Below are positions 1 to 8,914 of a stretch of 64,000 nt of DNA, one piece after another. Below the pieces are notes generated by a model. The model was not told the origin of the DNA, ran no database searches, and worked only from the letters and a program-made list of their open reading frames with translations. Numbering within the stretch: the first letter of the stretch is position 1; the number at the start of each line of letters is the position of its first letter. Source of the DNA: Gammaproteobacteria bacterium (GTDB lineage Bacteria > Pseudomonadota > Gammaproteobacteria > Eutrophobiales > Eutrophobiaceae); NCBI GenBank assembly GCA_963422205.2, contig CAXMWX010000009.1, positions 160,001 to 224,000 on the forward strand. Reading direction: 5' to 3'. Position numbers and translations under genes: made by a program.

Positions 1-260
1 TCCTGCCGGCAGAGCGCGCCTGGATGGACAAAGTGTTTGGAGAGTTGGGCATGGTGGATGCCTTCAGGCAGGTCAATCAAGAGGCGGAACAGTATACCTG
101 GTGGTCAAATCGGGGCCAATCCTGGGCGAAGAACATTGGCTGGCGTATTGACTATCAGGTGGTAACGCCGGGCCTTGCAGGGTGTATCAAAACGGCATCG
201 ATCTACAAGACCGAGCGCTTCTCCGATCATGCGCCGTTGATCATCGAGTATGATATTTGA
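1..260 (+). CDS. xth: Exodeoxyribonuclease III (AP endonuclease), 3' part; the gene starts before the window
   Basis: C-terminal ExoIII motifs YTWWSNRG, GWRIDY and SDHAP. Confidence 0.9.
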   Translation, partial: LPAERAWMDKVFGELGMVDAFRQVNQEAEQYTWWSNRGQSWAKNIGWRIDYQVVTPGLAGCIKTASIYKTERFSDHAPLIIEYDI

Positions 261-382
261 GTTAGCCTCATACCAAACGCCGGGATAGCATTGTCTACAC
301 CGATACTGCGTTTGCCCGGAAGAAATCAAACATGTCCTGAATAACTCATGCGTGAATCCTCAAAGCGCGATAAGCAAAAATG

Positions 383-886
383 TCATAAATCTAAAATTTC
401 CTTAAAGTGGGCTGACTGCAACAATTCAGGGTTCATAGAGCTTGCCTTAGCCAGCGTTACTTCGTAACAGGCAAAGGTCAGCAGGGCCAGCAGTTTGGCG
501 AAATAATCGGTCTTCTCCCGCTCCATCATATAAAAAGTTGCAACCAGTGTAAGCAGGGACACGGCAATCAACACCACGACCTGTAGCGCTGTCGAAAACA
601 ATCCTCAGTAGCGATAAAACAGGAAGAACACGCTGATCGCCAGCGCCAGTCGCCAAGAAAAGACGCCATATTCATTCCCAGAGAGAATGGTTTTTCCTTG
701 TGACCGACATCGATATCTAAAGGCATCGGCGGCATACTCGGCGAGCAATCGCTGATGATGGAAATCAATGGCCGATGTTTGCGCCTCCGCCAACCCCACT
801 GCGCCTGCCGATTGCGACTCCGTCAGTTCCTCCTTAAATGCGGCAATCCGAAGGGGTTCAATGTTCCCAAGGCAGACGGATGGCAT
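383..886 (-). pseudogene. Fragmented DUF2157-like membrane protein
   Basis: Pieces in different frames join into one reading: HHQRLLAEYA / DIDVGHKEKPFSLGMNMASFLG / LALAISVFFLFYRY* / MFSTALQVVVLI...YFAKLLALLTFAC. It has frameshifts, an internal TGA and a truncated 3' end. Confidence 0.6.
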
Positions 887-900
887 CTACAGACCAGGGT

Positions 901-2331
901 TTATTTGATTAACGACTTGATTGTCACTGGCTTGACCGGGAAGCGGGCAGTAAAGGGGCCGATATCCTGCTCGCTCAAGGCGCCATGTTCACTGAGGATT
1001 TTTGTCATGTAATAGTGGCAATAACGTCCCTGACACAGCCCCATTCCGGTACGCGAAAATAATTTAGCAGCGCCTGCGTTGCTGATATGATGATGCTCCA
1101 CCAGCTTCTGTTTAAATTCACCCAATGTGATTTTTTCACATTTACATAATATAGATTCTTCGGTTGCCAGTTGTGACAGTAATTTTCCACCTGGATAGGA
1201 AAGGTATTTTAAGATGTTGGCGAATTGATTCAAATGCTGTAGACGCCTGTGGGTTTTTTTAAAGAGAGGCAAAGCGGCCTGTGAACCAGGTCTTCCCAGA
1301 TATTGAGCGATACCCAATCCCGCCAGCCTGCCTTCTGCGGCTGCGACTTCCGCTCCAGCGACCCCGGTTATCTCACCCGCCACATACACGCCAGCAACGC
1401 CAGTGCTCATCCATTCATCGTGTTTTATTACCCAGCCACCGCCTGCACTTGACCATGAGTAATCGGCGCCGTATTGGCGTGCCAGTTCAGAAGAGGCGAG
1501 AAAACCAAAACAAATACCAAGACGATCACATAAAATTTCTCGAACGGTATCTTTTTTAATATCGCCTGATCTGTCAATAGCACCGATACTGACGCTTGCT
1601 AATCTTGCTTTGCCATTTGCCTGTATCAACGTTTCGGAAAAACGAATCGGGATGCCGGCCTTTATCAGGCGAAGTAAAACGCCTGCAAGGTATAAAAATT
1701 TTCCGGCATGACGAATAAGCACGGAGGGTGATCTTAAAATAGCAAACACTTGAGAGAAGCGCTGGGCAAATATCATGCCCACCACCTCGCCACCCGCCTG
1801 CACGATCTGATCGGCGACGATAAGCTGTAAAGGGTGGGTGCCTGCAAATAAAAATCGTTCCCCCGGAATAAGCTGCTGGCTTTTTACCAGGGTTTGAATA
1901 CCCCCTGTCGCCATTACCCCGGGTAAATGACATCCTGGAAACACGATGGACATGTCATGACATCCCGGCGTAATCAGAAGTGATTTTGTTTGTATGTCTT
2001 GTATGCCCTTACGGTTACATGTCGTTATTTTGTGTGGATAGTTTGTTTCATTGTCATCGCTTTGCGTTATTCCCAGAACCGTTGTTTGTGTTAACCAATT
2101 TATTTTTTTATTTTCTGAAACCTTTTTCAGCAGACTTTTACCATTTTTATAGATGCGGGAAGACAGCCAGTTGTCGACTTTGAATGCATGTGGCGGTTGG
2201 CGATATATCTGGCCTCCCGGACTAGCTTGTTCATCAATGATCAGGATATCCAGATCATAATCGATGAGTTGTTCGGCCGCTGCCATTCCGGCCGGGCCTG
2301 CGCCAATAATGACAACTTCAGCCGTTCTCAT
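901..2331 (-). CDS. FAD/NAD(P)-binding oxidoreductase with C-terminal BFD-like [2Fe-2S] domain (HcnB/OoxA-type subunit)
   Basis: GAGPAG dinucleotide motif, VYVAGEITG, C-terminal CKCE...RTGMGLCQGRYC and ARFPVKPV. Confidence 0.9.
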   Translation of the reverse strand: MRTAEVVIIGAGPAGMAAAEQLIDYDLDILIIDEQASPGGQIYRQPPHAFKVDNWLSSRIYKNGKSLLKKVSENKKINWLTQTTVLGITQSDDNETNYPHKITTCNRKGIQDIQTKSLLITPGCHDMSIVFPGCHLPGVMATGGIQTLVKSQQLIPGERFLFAGTHPLQLIVADQIVQAGGEVVGMIFAQRFSQVFAILRSPSVLIRHAGKFLYLAGVLLRLIKAGIPIRFSETLIQANGKARLASVSIGAIDRSGDIKKDTVREILCDRLGICFGFLASSELARQYGADYSWSSAGGGWVIKHDEWMSTGVAGVYVAGEITGVAGAEVAAAEGRLAGLGIAQYLGRPGSQAALPLFKKTHRRLQHLNQFANILKYLSYPGGKLLSQLATEESILCKCEKITLGEFKQKLVEHHHISNAGAAKLFSRTGMGLCQGRYCHYYMTKILSEHGALSEQDIGPFTARFPVKPVTIKSLIK

Positions 2332-2650
2332 GTGAGTTATGTTTACTGTTTATCTGATGCCCGGTTTCAATAAGCATGTCCTGTTCCACTTCAGTCATGC
2401 AGGCACGCACCCAGGCTGGAGAGTCACTGCAATGCCTGCGTTTGACATAGACCAGACACTCAAAGCAAGTACCCATATTGCAGAAAGGCGCATGCCCCTG
2501 AGCATCATCGGTCTTATAGAAAACATGAATATCTTCAGCAAACAGCAGGGTAGCAACAGTCTCGCCAGCATAGGCGGAGACGGTCTCACCGTTAAGGATA
2601 AGTGTGAGAGCATCGGGGCGCTCTACATTCCTGGTCAGTCTTATTGCCAT
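2318..2650 (-). CDS. [2Fe-2S]-binding subunit (HcnA-type)
   Basis: GETVAT, FCNMGTCFECLV and RACM cysteine pattern; overlaps the downstream gene. Confidence 0.9.
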   Translation of the reverse strand: MAIRLTRNVERPDALTLILNGETVSAYAGETVATLLFAEDIHVFYKTDDAQGHAPFCNMGTCFECLVYVKRRHCSDSPAWVRACMTEVEQDMLIETGHQINSKHNSHENG

Positions 2651-2661
2651 GATAGGTTTGC

Positions 2662-3837
2662 CTATTGAAAACGACTCGCCGCATAAGGGGCGATTGGAAA
2701 AGAGGTTGAGCTGGTCAGAATAAGTTCGCTTATCAGGCGAGCATAAGTCGGGCCATAAGTAAAAGCCGAACCACCGGCAGCGATATAAAAGCCGGAGGCC
2801 TTATCTACCGCCCCTAAGATGGGTAACTGATCCGGTGCGAGTGCAGTCATGCCTGTCCAGGTTCTTATTAAGTGCAGGTCTCTTACAAATGGGACAATGC
2901 TCGCAGCAGTACGCAGATTCTCCTTTACAGTGTCCGTATGAATCAATGCCGGGCGTTCAGAATGCCATTTTCCATCTTGATGTTGCAGCTTTGCCAGCCA
3001 GCCGCCTCCTATCAGGACATTGCCGTCATTAACTTGTTTCATGGACAGTTTACGTCCGACATGTTGAATGAGATGATGAATGACTTTGGGTATTTTTTCA
3101 GTGACATTCATGATCAGACCAACGGGCAGTAGCGGCAGATCAACAGAAGCTAACAGGCCAACCTCATTAGCCCAAACCCCGGCGGCATTTAAAACCATCT
3201 CTGCGATAACAGCGTCGCCATTTTTGTTGATTTGATTATTGGTGAATTTGATCTGCCACCTCCCTTGTTTTTTATAGAGTCCCGTAACATTTTTATTGGT
3301 CAGAATTTCCACCTTGTTCGCCGCCGCGCCTCTGGCATAAGCGGGTGTTAAGAGACGCGGGTTACAATGACCTTCATGAGGACAAAACAGAGCCGCCTGT
3401 ACTTTGTCGCTGAGGTAGGGCGCAAGTTTATGGATATCCTTTCTCTCAAGCAGCTCTACGGTCAGTCCCTGGGCCTTCTCGATTGCAGATTTCTCTTCCA
3501 GCAGTCTCGTCTCATCGTCTGTTTCTGCGACCATAAAGCCGCCCTCCATGACCACTTCCAGATCGCAGTTCAATTCCTGCTCTATGTTCCGCCAATGGTC
3601 AATGGCAATCTGAGTCAGGGCAACATAATGTTCAAGCGCTTCGGCAAGTTCCTGCCTGTGTTTGACGAGACGTTGTTCCAGTTGGAAGTGCAGGGAACCG
3701 GCGTTTCGTCCAGACGCGCCTTCGTTTATCTGACCACGTTCAAGCAGAATAACATCAGCGCCCGATTGGGAAAGGTAGTAGGCTGATGCACAGCCGACTA
3801 ATCCCCCGCCAATGACTGCAACATCATATTTTTGCAT
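2662..3837 (-). CDS. FAD-dependent D-amino acid/opine dehydrogenase catalytic subunit (DAO family, HcnC/OoxB-type)
   Basis: GGGLVG, GASGRNAGSLH, IRTWTG, PDQLPILG, FTYGP. Confidence 0.9.
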   Translation of the reverse strand: MQKYDVAVIGGGLVGCASAYYLSQSGADVILLERGQINEGASGRNAGSLHFQLEQRLVKHRQELAEALEHYVALTQIAIDHWRNIEQELNCDLEVVMEGGFMVAETDDETRLLEEKSAIEKAQGLTVELLERKDIHKLAPYLSDKVQAALFCPHEGHCNPRLLTPAYARGAAANKVEILTNKNVTGLYKKQGRWQIKFTNNQINKNGDAVIAEMVLNAAGVWANEVGLLASVDLPLLPVGLIMNVTEKIPKVIHHLIQHVGRKLSMKQVNDGNVLIGGGWLAKLQHQDGKWHSERPALIHTDTVKENLRTAASIVPFVRDLHLIRTWTGMTALAPDQLPILGAVDKASGFYIAAGGSAFTYGPTYARLISELILTSSTSFPIAPYAASRFQ

Positions 3838-3838
3838 T

Positions 3839-4762
3839 CTACGCCTGGATTTTACCGAGTTCTATCAGTGTTGCCCTGATCTGTTGAACGCCCTCATCGC
3901 ATAACGGCAGTATTGGTGGCCTTGGATACCCCCCCGGCAGGCCCTGTTGATTTAAGGCTTCTTTAAAGATGGCCTGCGCTGAACCAAACTTGCCGGTGTA
4001 GTCTGCTTTGAACCAGGCCTGCATATAAGCCTGATCACGCTTACCCATTGATTTTGCTGTTTCGATATCATTCCTCCAGATGGCATTAAAAAACTCTGGA
4101 TGATCGCGGCCCAGAATGCCACCAGCGCCCATGGTACCGTCCGCGCTATGGTGTTGCACCAGCGTAATTCCTAACTCGTTCATCGGCACACCAAAGATAC
4201 GCACTTTATCTTTCAAGGCAAAAAATACGTCTAGGAAATGAGTCATATCCGCAGTAGAGTTTTTTATAGCGACAACCTTGTCCAATTCAGCAAGCCTTAA
4301 AAATAAACCAAGCGACATATCAACATTGGTACCCGGTGGCCAGTTATAAATACAGACAGGAAGAGCAGTAGCTGAGTTTATATCCTGGTAGTATTGAAAA
4401 ATTTCTTCTTCCGTGGGCATTATATATGGGGGAGGAGTCACCAGGACACCATCAAAACCGCTGCTCGCCGCAATAGCCGTATTTTCGATGACCTCATTCG
4501 CAGTATATGCGTTACAGCCAGCAATCAATGTCAGCTTTCCTTTTAACAACTTCCCGGCAAGCTCAAGCAGTTTGATCTTTTCCTCTTTTGTTAGACTAAA
4601 CCACTCGCCTTGTGTGCCAAGAATATTCACACCATGCATATTCTGTTCAGCCATCCAGTTCAGGAGATGTTTTGCAGCATCGATATCCAGGACGCCATCT
4701 TCAGTGAACGGTGTAGTAACAGCGGGAATGTAGCCTCGCCAGTTAACGGAATGTCTATCCAT
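3839..4762 (-). CDS. Dihydrodipicolinate synthase/NAL-family lyase or deaminase (not housekeeping DapA)
   Basis: PAVTTPF, GTQGE (variant of GTTGE), TPPPY, IYNWP, Schiff-base lysine in VAIKNS. Confidence 0.88.
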   Translation of the reverse strand: MDRHSVNWRGYIPAVTTPFTEDGVLDIDAAKHLLNWMAEQNMHGVNILGTQGEWFSLTKEEKIKLLELAGKLLKGKLTLIAGCNAYTANEVIENTAIAASSGFDGVLVTPPPYIMPTEEEIFQYYQDINSATALPVCIYNWPPGTNVDMSLGLFLRLAELDKVVAIKNSTADMTHFLDVFFALKDKVRIFGVPMNELGITLVQHHSADGTMGAGGILGRDHPEFFNAIWRNDIETAKSMGKRDQAYMQAWFKADYTGKFGSAQAIFKEALNQQGLPGGYPRPPILPLCDEGVQQIRATLIELGKIQA

Positions 4763-4866
4763 ACCAAGGTATCTCCAGTCGGCTGTTTTTATTTCTTTTG
4801 ATTTGAGATTTTAGAGAATGCTGATTATCCGCACGAAAGCCAGCAAGCTACAATTATTTGCTATCT

Positions 4867-4910
4867 GTTTCAATAACAATATATTATGATTTTCGTTGCA
4901 TTCTGTGCAA
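4867..4910 (-). promoter_or_regulatory. LysR operator and promoter 1 (lyase-dehydrogenase operon)
   Basis: Minus strand TTGCACAGAATGCAA (T-N11-A dyad), 17 nt, TGTTATTGAAAC; TTGAAA-17 nt-TAGCTT follows as a plausible -35/-10. Confidence 0.7.
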
Positions 4911-4949
4911 ATAGTAAAAACGCCAATCACAAATCTGTCTTATATAATA

Positions 4950-5864
4950 ATGCCAAGTGATACCCGCCTGCGCTATTTATATGAATCAGCCTGCCTTGGA
5001 ACGATGCGGGCCGCCAGTGAAAAACTGGACGTGGCGACATCCTCTATCAGCCGACAGATAGGGGCATTGGAAACAGAGTTAGGTCTTGCACTTATCGAAA
5101 AAGGTCGGCGCAGGATAAAATTAACAGAAGCGGGAGAGGCGGCATGTTCGTATTACAGAGAAAGAATCTCACAGGAAGAGGCCTTCCTGTCCAGGGTTGG
5201 AGAGCTTAAAAGCATACGCACGGGTAAAATTTTATTGGCGGTGGGAGAGGCCTTTGTAACACAACAGTTCAGTGACATGTTGCAGGCATTCATGCAGCAC
5301 TACACCGGCATGAAAGTGCAGGCAGTCGTCACCAATACAAACAGTGTCGTAGATCTGGTGCGTGAAGATGAGGCACACATGGGTTTGATCTTTGATGTAC
5401 CCAGAGATCCGAAGATTCGCGCCCGCCTTACTTTGCCGCAGCCGCTCAAGGTGATCGTCAACAAAAAGCATCCTTTTAGTCGCAAAAAGTCCACGACACT
5501 CTCGGCGCTGGCCGGAGAGAATATCGGCTTGCCGGAAGAGGATTATCGTATTCGCCAGCTTATTCATATTGCAGAGCGGGAAGAGGGCGTGTTTCTTGAG
5601 GCAGCGATGATCACAAACTCACTCGCCCTGATTACTGATTTCGTCAAGTCTGGCAGAGGGGTAAGCATTATGCCGGAGTTGGTGGTGCAACAGGAACTAA
5701 TCAACGGTGAGCTGAAGGCATTACCAACTGAAAGTAACACCTTAAACTCTACGCAAACCAGCCTGATCACCCGGATTGGCAGGCAATTACCCATCGGTGC
5801 CTACCGCTTATTATTAAGCATTGAGACCTATCTGAGATCTGTTATACAGACAAGTCTCCCCTGA
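4950..5864 (+). CDS. LysR-family transcriptional regulator
   Basis: N-terminal HTH (TMRAASEKLDVATSSISRQIGALETELG, LTEAG) and substrate-binding domain; ATG at 4950 preferred over TTG at 4896; divergent from the catabolic operon. Confidence 0.93.
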   Translation: MPSDTRLRYLYESACLGTMRAASEKLDVATSSISRQIGALETELGLALIEKGRRRIKLTEAGEAACSYYRERISQEEAFLSRVGELKSIRTGKILLAVGEAFVTQQFSDMLQAFMQHYTGMKVQAVVTNTNSVVDLVREDEAHMGLIFDVPRDPKIRARLTLPQPLKVIVNKKHPFSRKKSTTLSALAGENIGLPEEDYRIRQLIHIAEREEGVFLEAAMITNSLALITDFVKSGRGVSIMPELVVQQELINGELKALPTESNTLNSTQTSLITRIGRQLPIGAYRLLLSIETYLRSVIQTSLP

Positions 5865-5932
5865 GCCAGGGTCAAGCCCGGCCCCGACCGCTTTAAAATC
5901 CTGCATTACACGTCCTTACCTTCCGGTTTAAT

Positions 5933-5976
5933 TTGCCTGTAAAGCAACAAAATGTATCAATCACTGTCATTGAAAC
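5933..5976 (+). promoter_or_regulatory. LysR operator and promoter 2 (SnoaL-TBDR operon)
   Basis: TTGCCTGTAAAGCAA, 17 nt, TGTCATTGAAAC; same architecture as the sites at 4867-4910 and 14462-14505. Confidence 0.7.
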
Positions 5977-6101
5977 AATTATTCAATTTTAGTGAAATTC
6001 AATCCTGTGCAGAGTACCGGCTGGGGCATCGCTTTTCCCGTCAGCAGATAAAGACTTAGCGCACTGTGCTTTTTTATCGTCTGTATAACGGGGGGCATTG
6101 A

Positions 6102-6578
6102 GTGAAAAGAGCAATCAGGATCATGGTAATAGCGTCATTGTGTCAATTTGTCGGCACGGCTGTTGCTGCTGATGAGAACGACAATGTGCTGGTACACATG
6201 TTCGCCTGGTGGAACGCTGCAATAAAAGACTCGGACGGTTTTACGGAGCAGGCATTTCGCCGTTATTACACCGAGGATGCGACCATTGTAATTAATGGTG
6301 CTGAGCGTGTCAGCGGAATCAAAAACCTGGTTGAACACTTCAGAAAAATTCAGCAGCGAGTTGAGTCTGTCGAAATCGTGCTGCCTTTTGAAGAGGGTTT
6401 CCAGTCAGGCAATCGGATATTTACCTATCACAAAATCCGCTCCCGTGCTGACGGGCAGGACAGCCTGTCCCATGTTATGGGCTATGCCGTGATTGAGAAC
6501 GGAAAAATAGCCCTGGTTGATTTTCTTAGCTATGAGGATCCTAAGGCTGATGAAGTAAAGGCCGGGAATGAGCAGTGA
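6102..6578 (+). CDS. Secreted SnoaL/NTF2-like protein
   Basis: Signal peptide (MKRAIR...AVAA); NTF2-like pattern RRYYTEDATIVING...ENGKIA. Confidence 0.7.
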   Translation: MKRAIRIMVIASLCQFVGTAVAADENDNVLVHMFAWWNAAIKDSDGFTEQAFRRYYTEDATIVINGAERVSGIKNLVEHFRKIQQRVESVEIVLPFEEGFQSGNRIFTYHKIRSRADGQDSLSHVMGYAVIENGKIALVDFLSYEDPKADEVKAGNEQ

Positions 6579-6628
6579 GTCATCATCATGTTAGAAATTG
6601 ATAGAGCCGCCTATGAGGAGTGAGAGTT

Positions 6629-8842
6629 ATGAAAAGTAATAGCAAAATCATCACGTACTTTATGTTTGCGAGTTTGATTTCGAGTTTGAGCCTGACGCAC
6701 AAGGCCATTGCACAGGATGGCCTGATGCTGGAAGAGGTGGTCGTGACTGCACAGCGCCGAGAGCAATCGCTACAGAATGTGCCGATCAGTATCAGTGCGT
6801 TCACTACAGAAGCGATCGATAAATTCATGTTCAATGATGTGGGTGATTATATTATCCGTTCACCCAATGCCAGTTTCACAACAGATGGTGCAAAATCACG
6901 GCGTCGACTCAGTATTCGCGGGGTTACTGACTTCTTAGCTATCAACAATCCACTCAAACCTTCCACCTTCGGGTTTTATGTGGACGACTTCAGTGTCTCT
7001 GCCAGCACCTCTAATCCGCCGATCTTTGATATAGAACGTATTGAAATACTGCGCGGCCCGCAGGCCACCTACTTTGGGCAGAATGCGCTGGGGGGCGGGA
7101 TCAGCGTGACGTCTAAAAAAGCAGATGCGACCAGGTATGCAGGGGAAATTATGTTCGACTACTCAAACTTTGATACCCGGGATGTTGAGGTGATGGGGAA
7201 TGTGCCAGTCATCAAGGATGTGTTAGCTGTGCGGGCAAATATAAAATATTCACAGTCCGATGGAAACATAAAAAATATCAACCCCGCCTGTAACTGTGAT
7301 GGCAATGCCTCAAAATATCAGTATGGCAAGCTGGCCATACGCTACACGCCAACGCATGATTTAACGGTAGATGTGGTTGCCAGCATTATGGATGAGGAGG
7401 TGGGTATGCGCGAAGGTGTGCCAACCGGTGTCTTCTCAACCTTTGCCGGCGGTACGTTATTTGCCAACCTGCCGGACACCGATGGCGATGGTGCGGCTGA
7501 TCCAACGCCGGACGGAGTCGGCTTTTATCCCGATAACAGGACACGAGTCAACAGCGATTTCCCGCAGGATGTTGGCACCGCCTATCGTAATATTATTGGC
7601 CGGATCGATTATGATATTGCCGACCTTAGAATAACCAGTATCACCGGCACCATAAGCTCTGATTTTAGCCTGGCCGGAGATATTGACGGCAGCAGCATTG
7701 ATGCCTTCAGAGAGTTCAGAAATATTGAGCGCCAGAGTTTTAGCACAGAGCTTCGAATCAAGAATACGGATGCCGGGCGCTGGCAGTGGAATATCGGGGC
7801 AATCTATGCCGATAATGATGCGACCATCTGGAATCGAACCTTTGCCAGGCCGGGCAGCAGGTTTCCTCCCCAACTCATCGACAGTCAGGACGACAGTGCG
7901 AGTGCGGATAGCTGGGCCTTGTTCGGGGAGGGTAAATATGCAATAACTGACCGCTTGACCGCCTCCATCGGTGGTCGTTACAGTGAAGAAATTATCAACA
8001 CAGATATTGCCGGTTTTTCCGGTGGCTTTGTGCAGGTATTGTCTGCGAAAAATAAATTCAAGGATTTCTCGCCTCACTTCTCGGCTAACTATCAGTTCAC
8101 CGATGAGATAAATGCTTATGCCACGATCTCCAGGGGCTTCAAGTCGGGCGGGACACAGATCAGCCCTCTCCCCGGGACGGATGCGGATTTTTATGATCCG
8201 GAAATCATGTGGAATTATGAGCTGGGTGTAAAAGGCGATTTCTTTAATGACAGGTTGCGTGTGAACGCCGCCCTGTTTTATATGCAATGGTCTGATTTAC
8301 AGACGAACTTTCAGCAGTCCGGTATCAATGCTGATGGCGAATTCGAGTTGTTTGCCGGCACTGACAATGCAGAATCAGCAACCTCAAAGGGGGTGGAATT
8401 AGTTGCTACCGCCCTGCTGATTGATAACCTGATTGTCAATTTCAATGTGGGTTATCTGAACGCACAGTTTGATAAATTCGTCACCTTTATTGATGGCATG
8501 AATAGAACACTGGATGGGACATCAATACCCCTGTCGCCAAAATGGACTGTCTCTGCCGATGCGGAATACACGTTTCCTGTCATGGATGGGTATGATGGTT
8601 TTGCCCGTGTGGAATACAGTTATCGACATCAGACAAAAACCCTGATTGCTGGCCTGATACAAGAGGGTTTTCCCTGGCGAGAGCATAAGGATTTCACCCT
8701 GGTGGCTTATGCGGAAAACCTGTTTGATGAGAAGTACTATACCAATGCCTATCAGAAGGCGTTTGCCGGTGGGCTTTTTGCCGAGCCATCATTCAGAAGT
8801 TATGGTGTGCGGATAAACTATACGTTCGACAAGCCACTATAA
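6629..8842 (+). CDS. TonB-dependent outer membrane receptor
   Basis: Signal peptide, TonB box LEEVVVTAQRRE, plug motif IERIEILRGPQATYFG, GFKSGG, NYELGVK, ENLFDEKYY, RSYGVRINYTF. Confidence 0.93.
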   Translation: MKSNSKIITYFMFASLISSLSLTHKAIAQDGLMLEEVVVTAQRREQSLQNVPISISAFTTEAIDKFMFNDVGDYIIRSPNASFTTDGAKSRRRLSIRGVTDFLAINNPLKPSTFGFYVDDFSVSASTSNPPIFDIERIEILRGPQATYFGQNALGGGISVTSKKADATRYAGEIMFDYSNFDTRDVEVMGNVPVIKDVLAVRANIKYSQSDGNIKNINPACNCDGNASKYQYGKLAIRYTPTHDLTVDVVASIMDEEVGMREGVPTGVFSTFAGGTLFANLPDTDGDGAADPTPDGVGFYPDNRTRVNSDFPQDVGTAYRNIIGRIDYDIADLRITSITGTISSDFSLAGDIDGSSIDAFREFRNIERQSFSTELRIKNTDAGRWQWNIGAIYADNDATIWNRTFARPGSRFPPQLIDSQDDSASADSWALFGEGKYAITDRLTASIGGRYSEEIINTDIAGFSGGFVQVLSAKNKFKDFSPHFSANYQFTDEINAYATISRGFKSGGTQISPLPGTDADFYDPEIMWNYELGVKGDFFNDRLRVNAALFYMQWSDLQTNFQQSGINADGEFELFAGTDNAESATSKGVELVATALLIDNLIVNFNVGYLNAQFDKFVTFIDGMNRTLDGTSIPLSPKWTVSADAEYTFPVMDGYDGFARVEYSYRHQTKTLIAGLIQEGFPWREHKDFTLVAYAENLFDEKYYTNAYQKAFAGGLFAEPSFRSYGVRINYTFDKPL

Positions 8843-8854
8843 CTGTTTCCACAG

Positions 8855-8907
8855 ACGACCCTCCTGCATCATCTCCTCTTAATGTAGATACAGAAGGGTC
8901 GTTTTTT
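8855..8907 (+). terminator. Stem-loop with T-tract downstream of the receptor gene
   Basis: ACGACCCT...AGGGTCGT stem, extended by CTG/CAG and ATC/GAT pairs, followed by a T run. Confidence 0.6.
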
Positions 8908-8914
8908 ATTTGCA

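Noticed and set aside
901-3837. Hydrogen cyanide synthase hcnABC
   Set aside because: Same protein families, but the order differs (C-A-B-like) and the context of lyase, transporters and LysR is catabolic
3839-4762. Housekeeping dapA
   Set aside because: GTQGE motif and catabolic island context indicate a paralogue
6005-6080. Possible riboswitch or attenuator before the SnoaL gene (short hairpin plus T run near 6058-6076)
   Set aside because: Stem is only about 5 bp and I recognise no aptamer consensus
7457-8287. 276-aa antisense ORF within the TonB receptor gene
   Set aside because: Shadow ORF with no recognisable motifs; the same applies to long antisense ORFs over proC, yqgE, tonB, atpD, glmU and prpR
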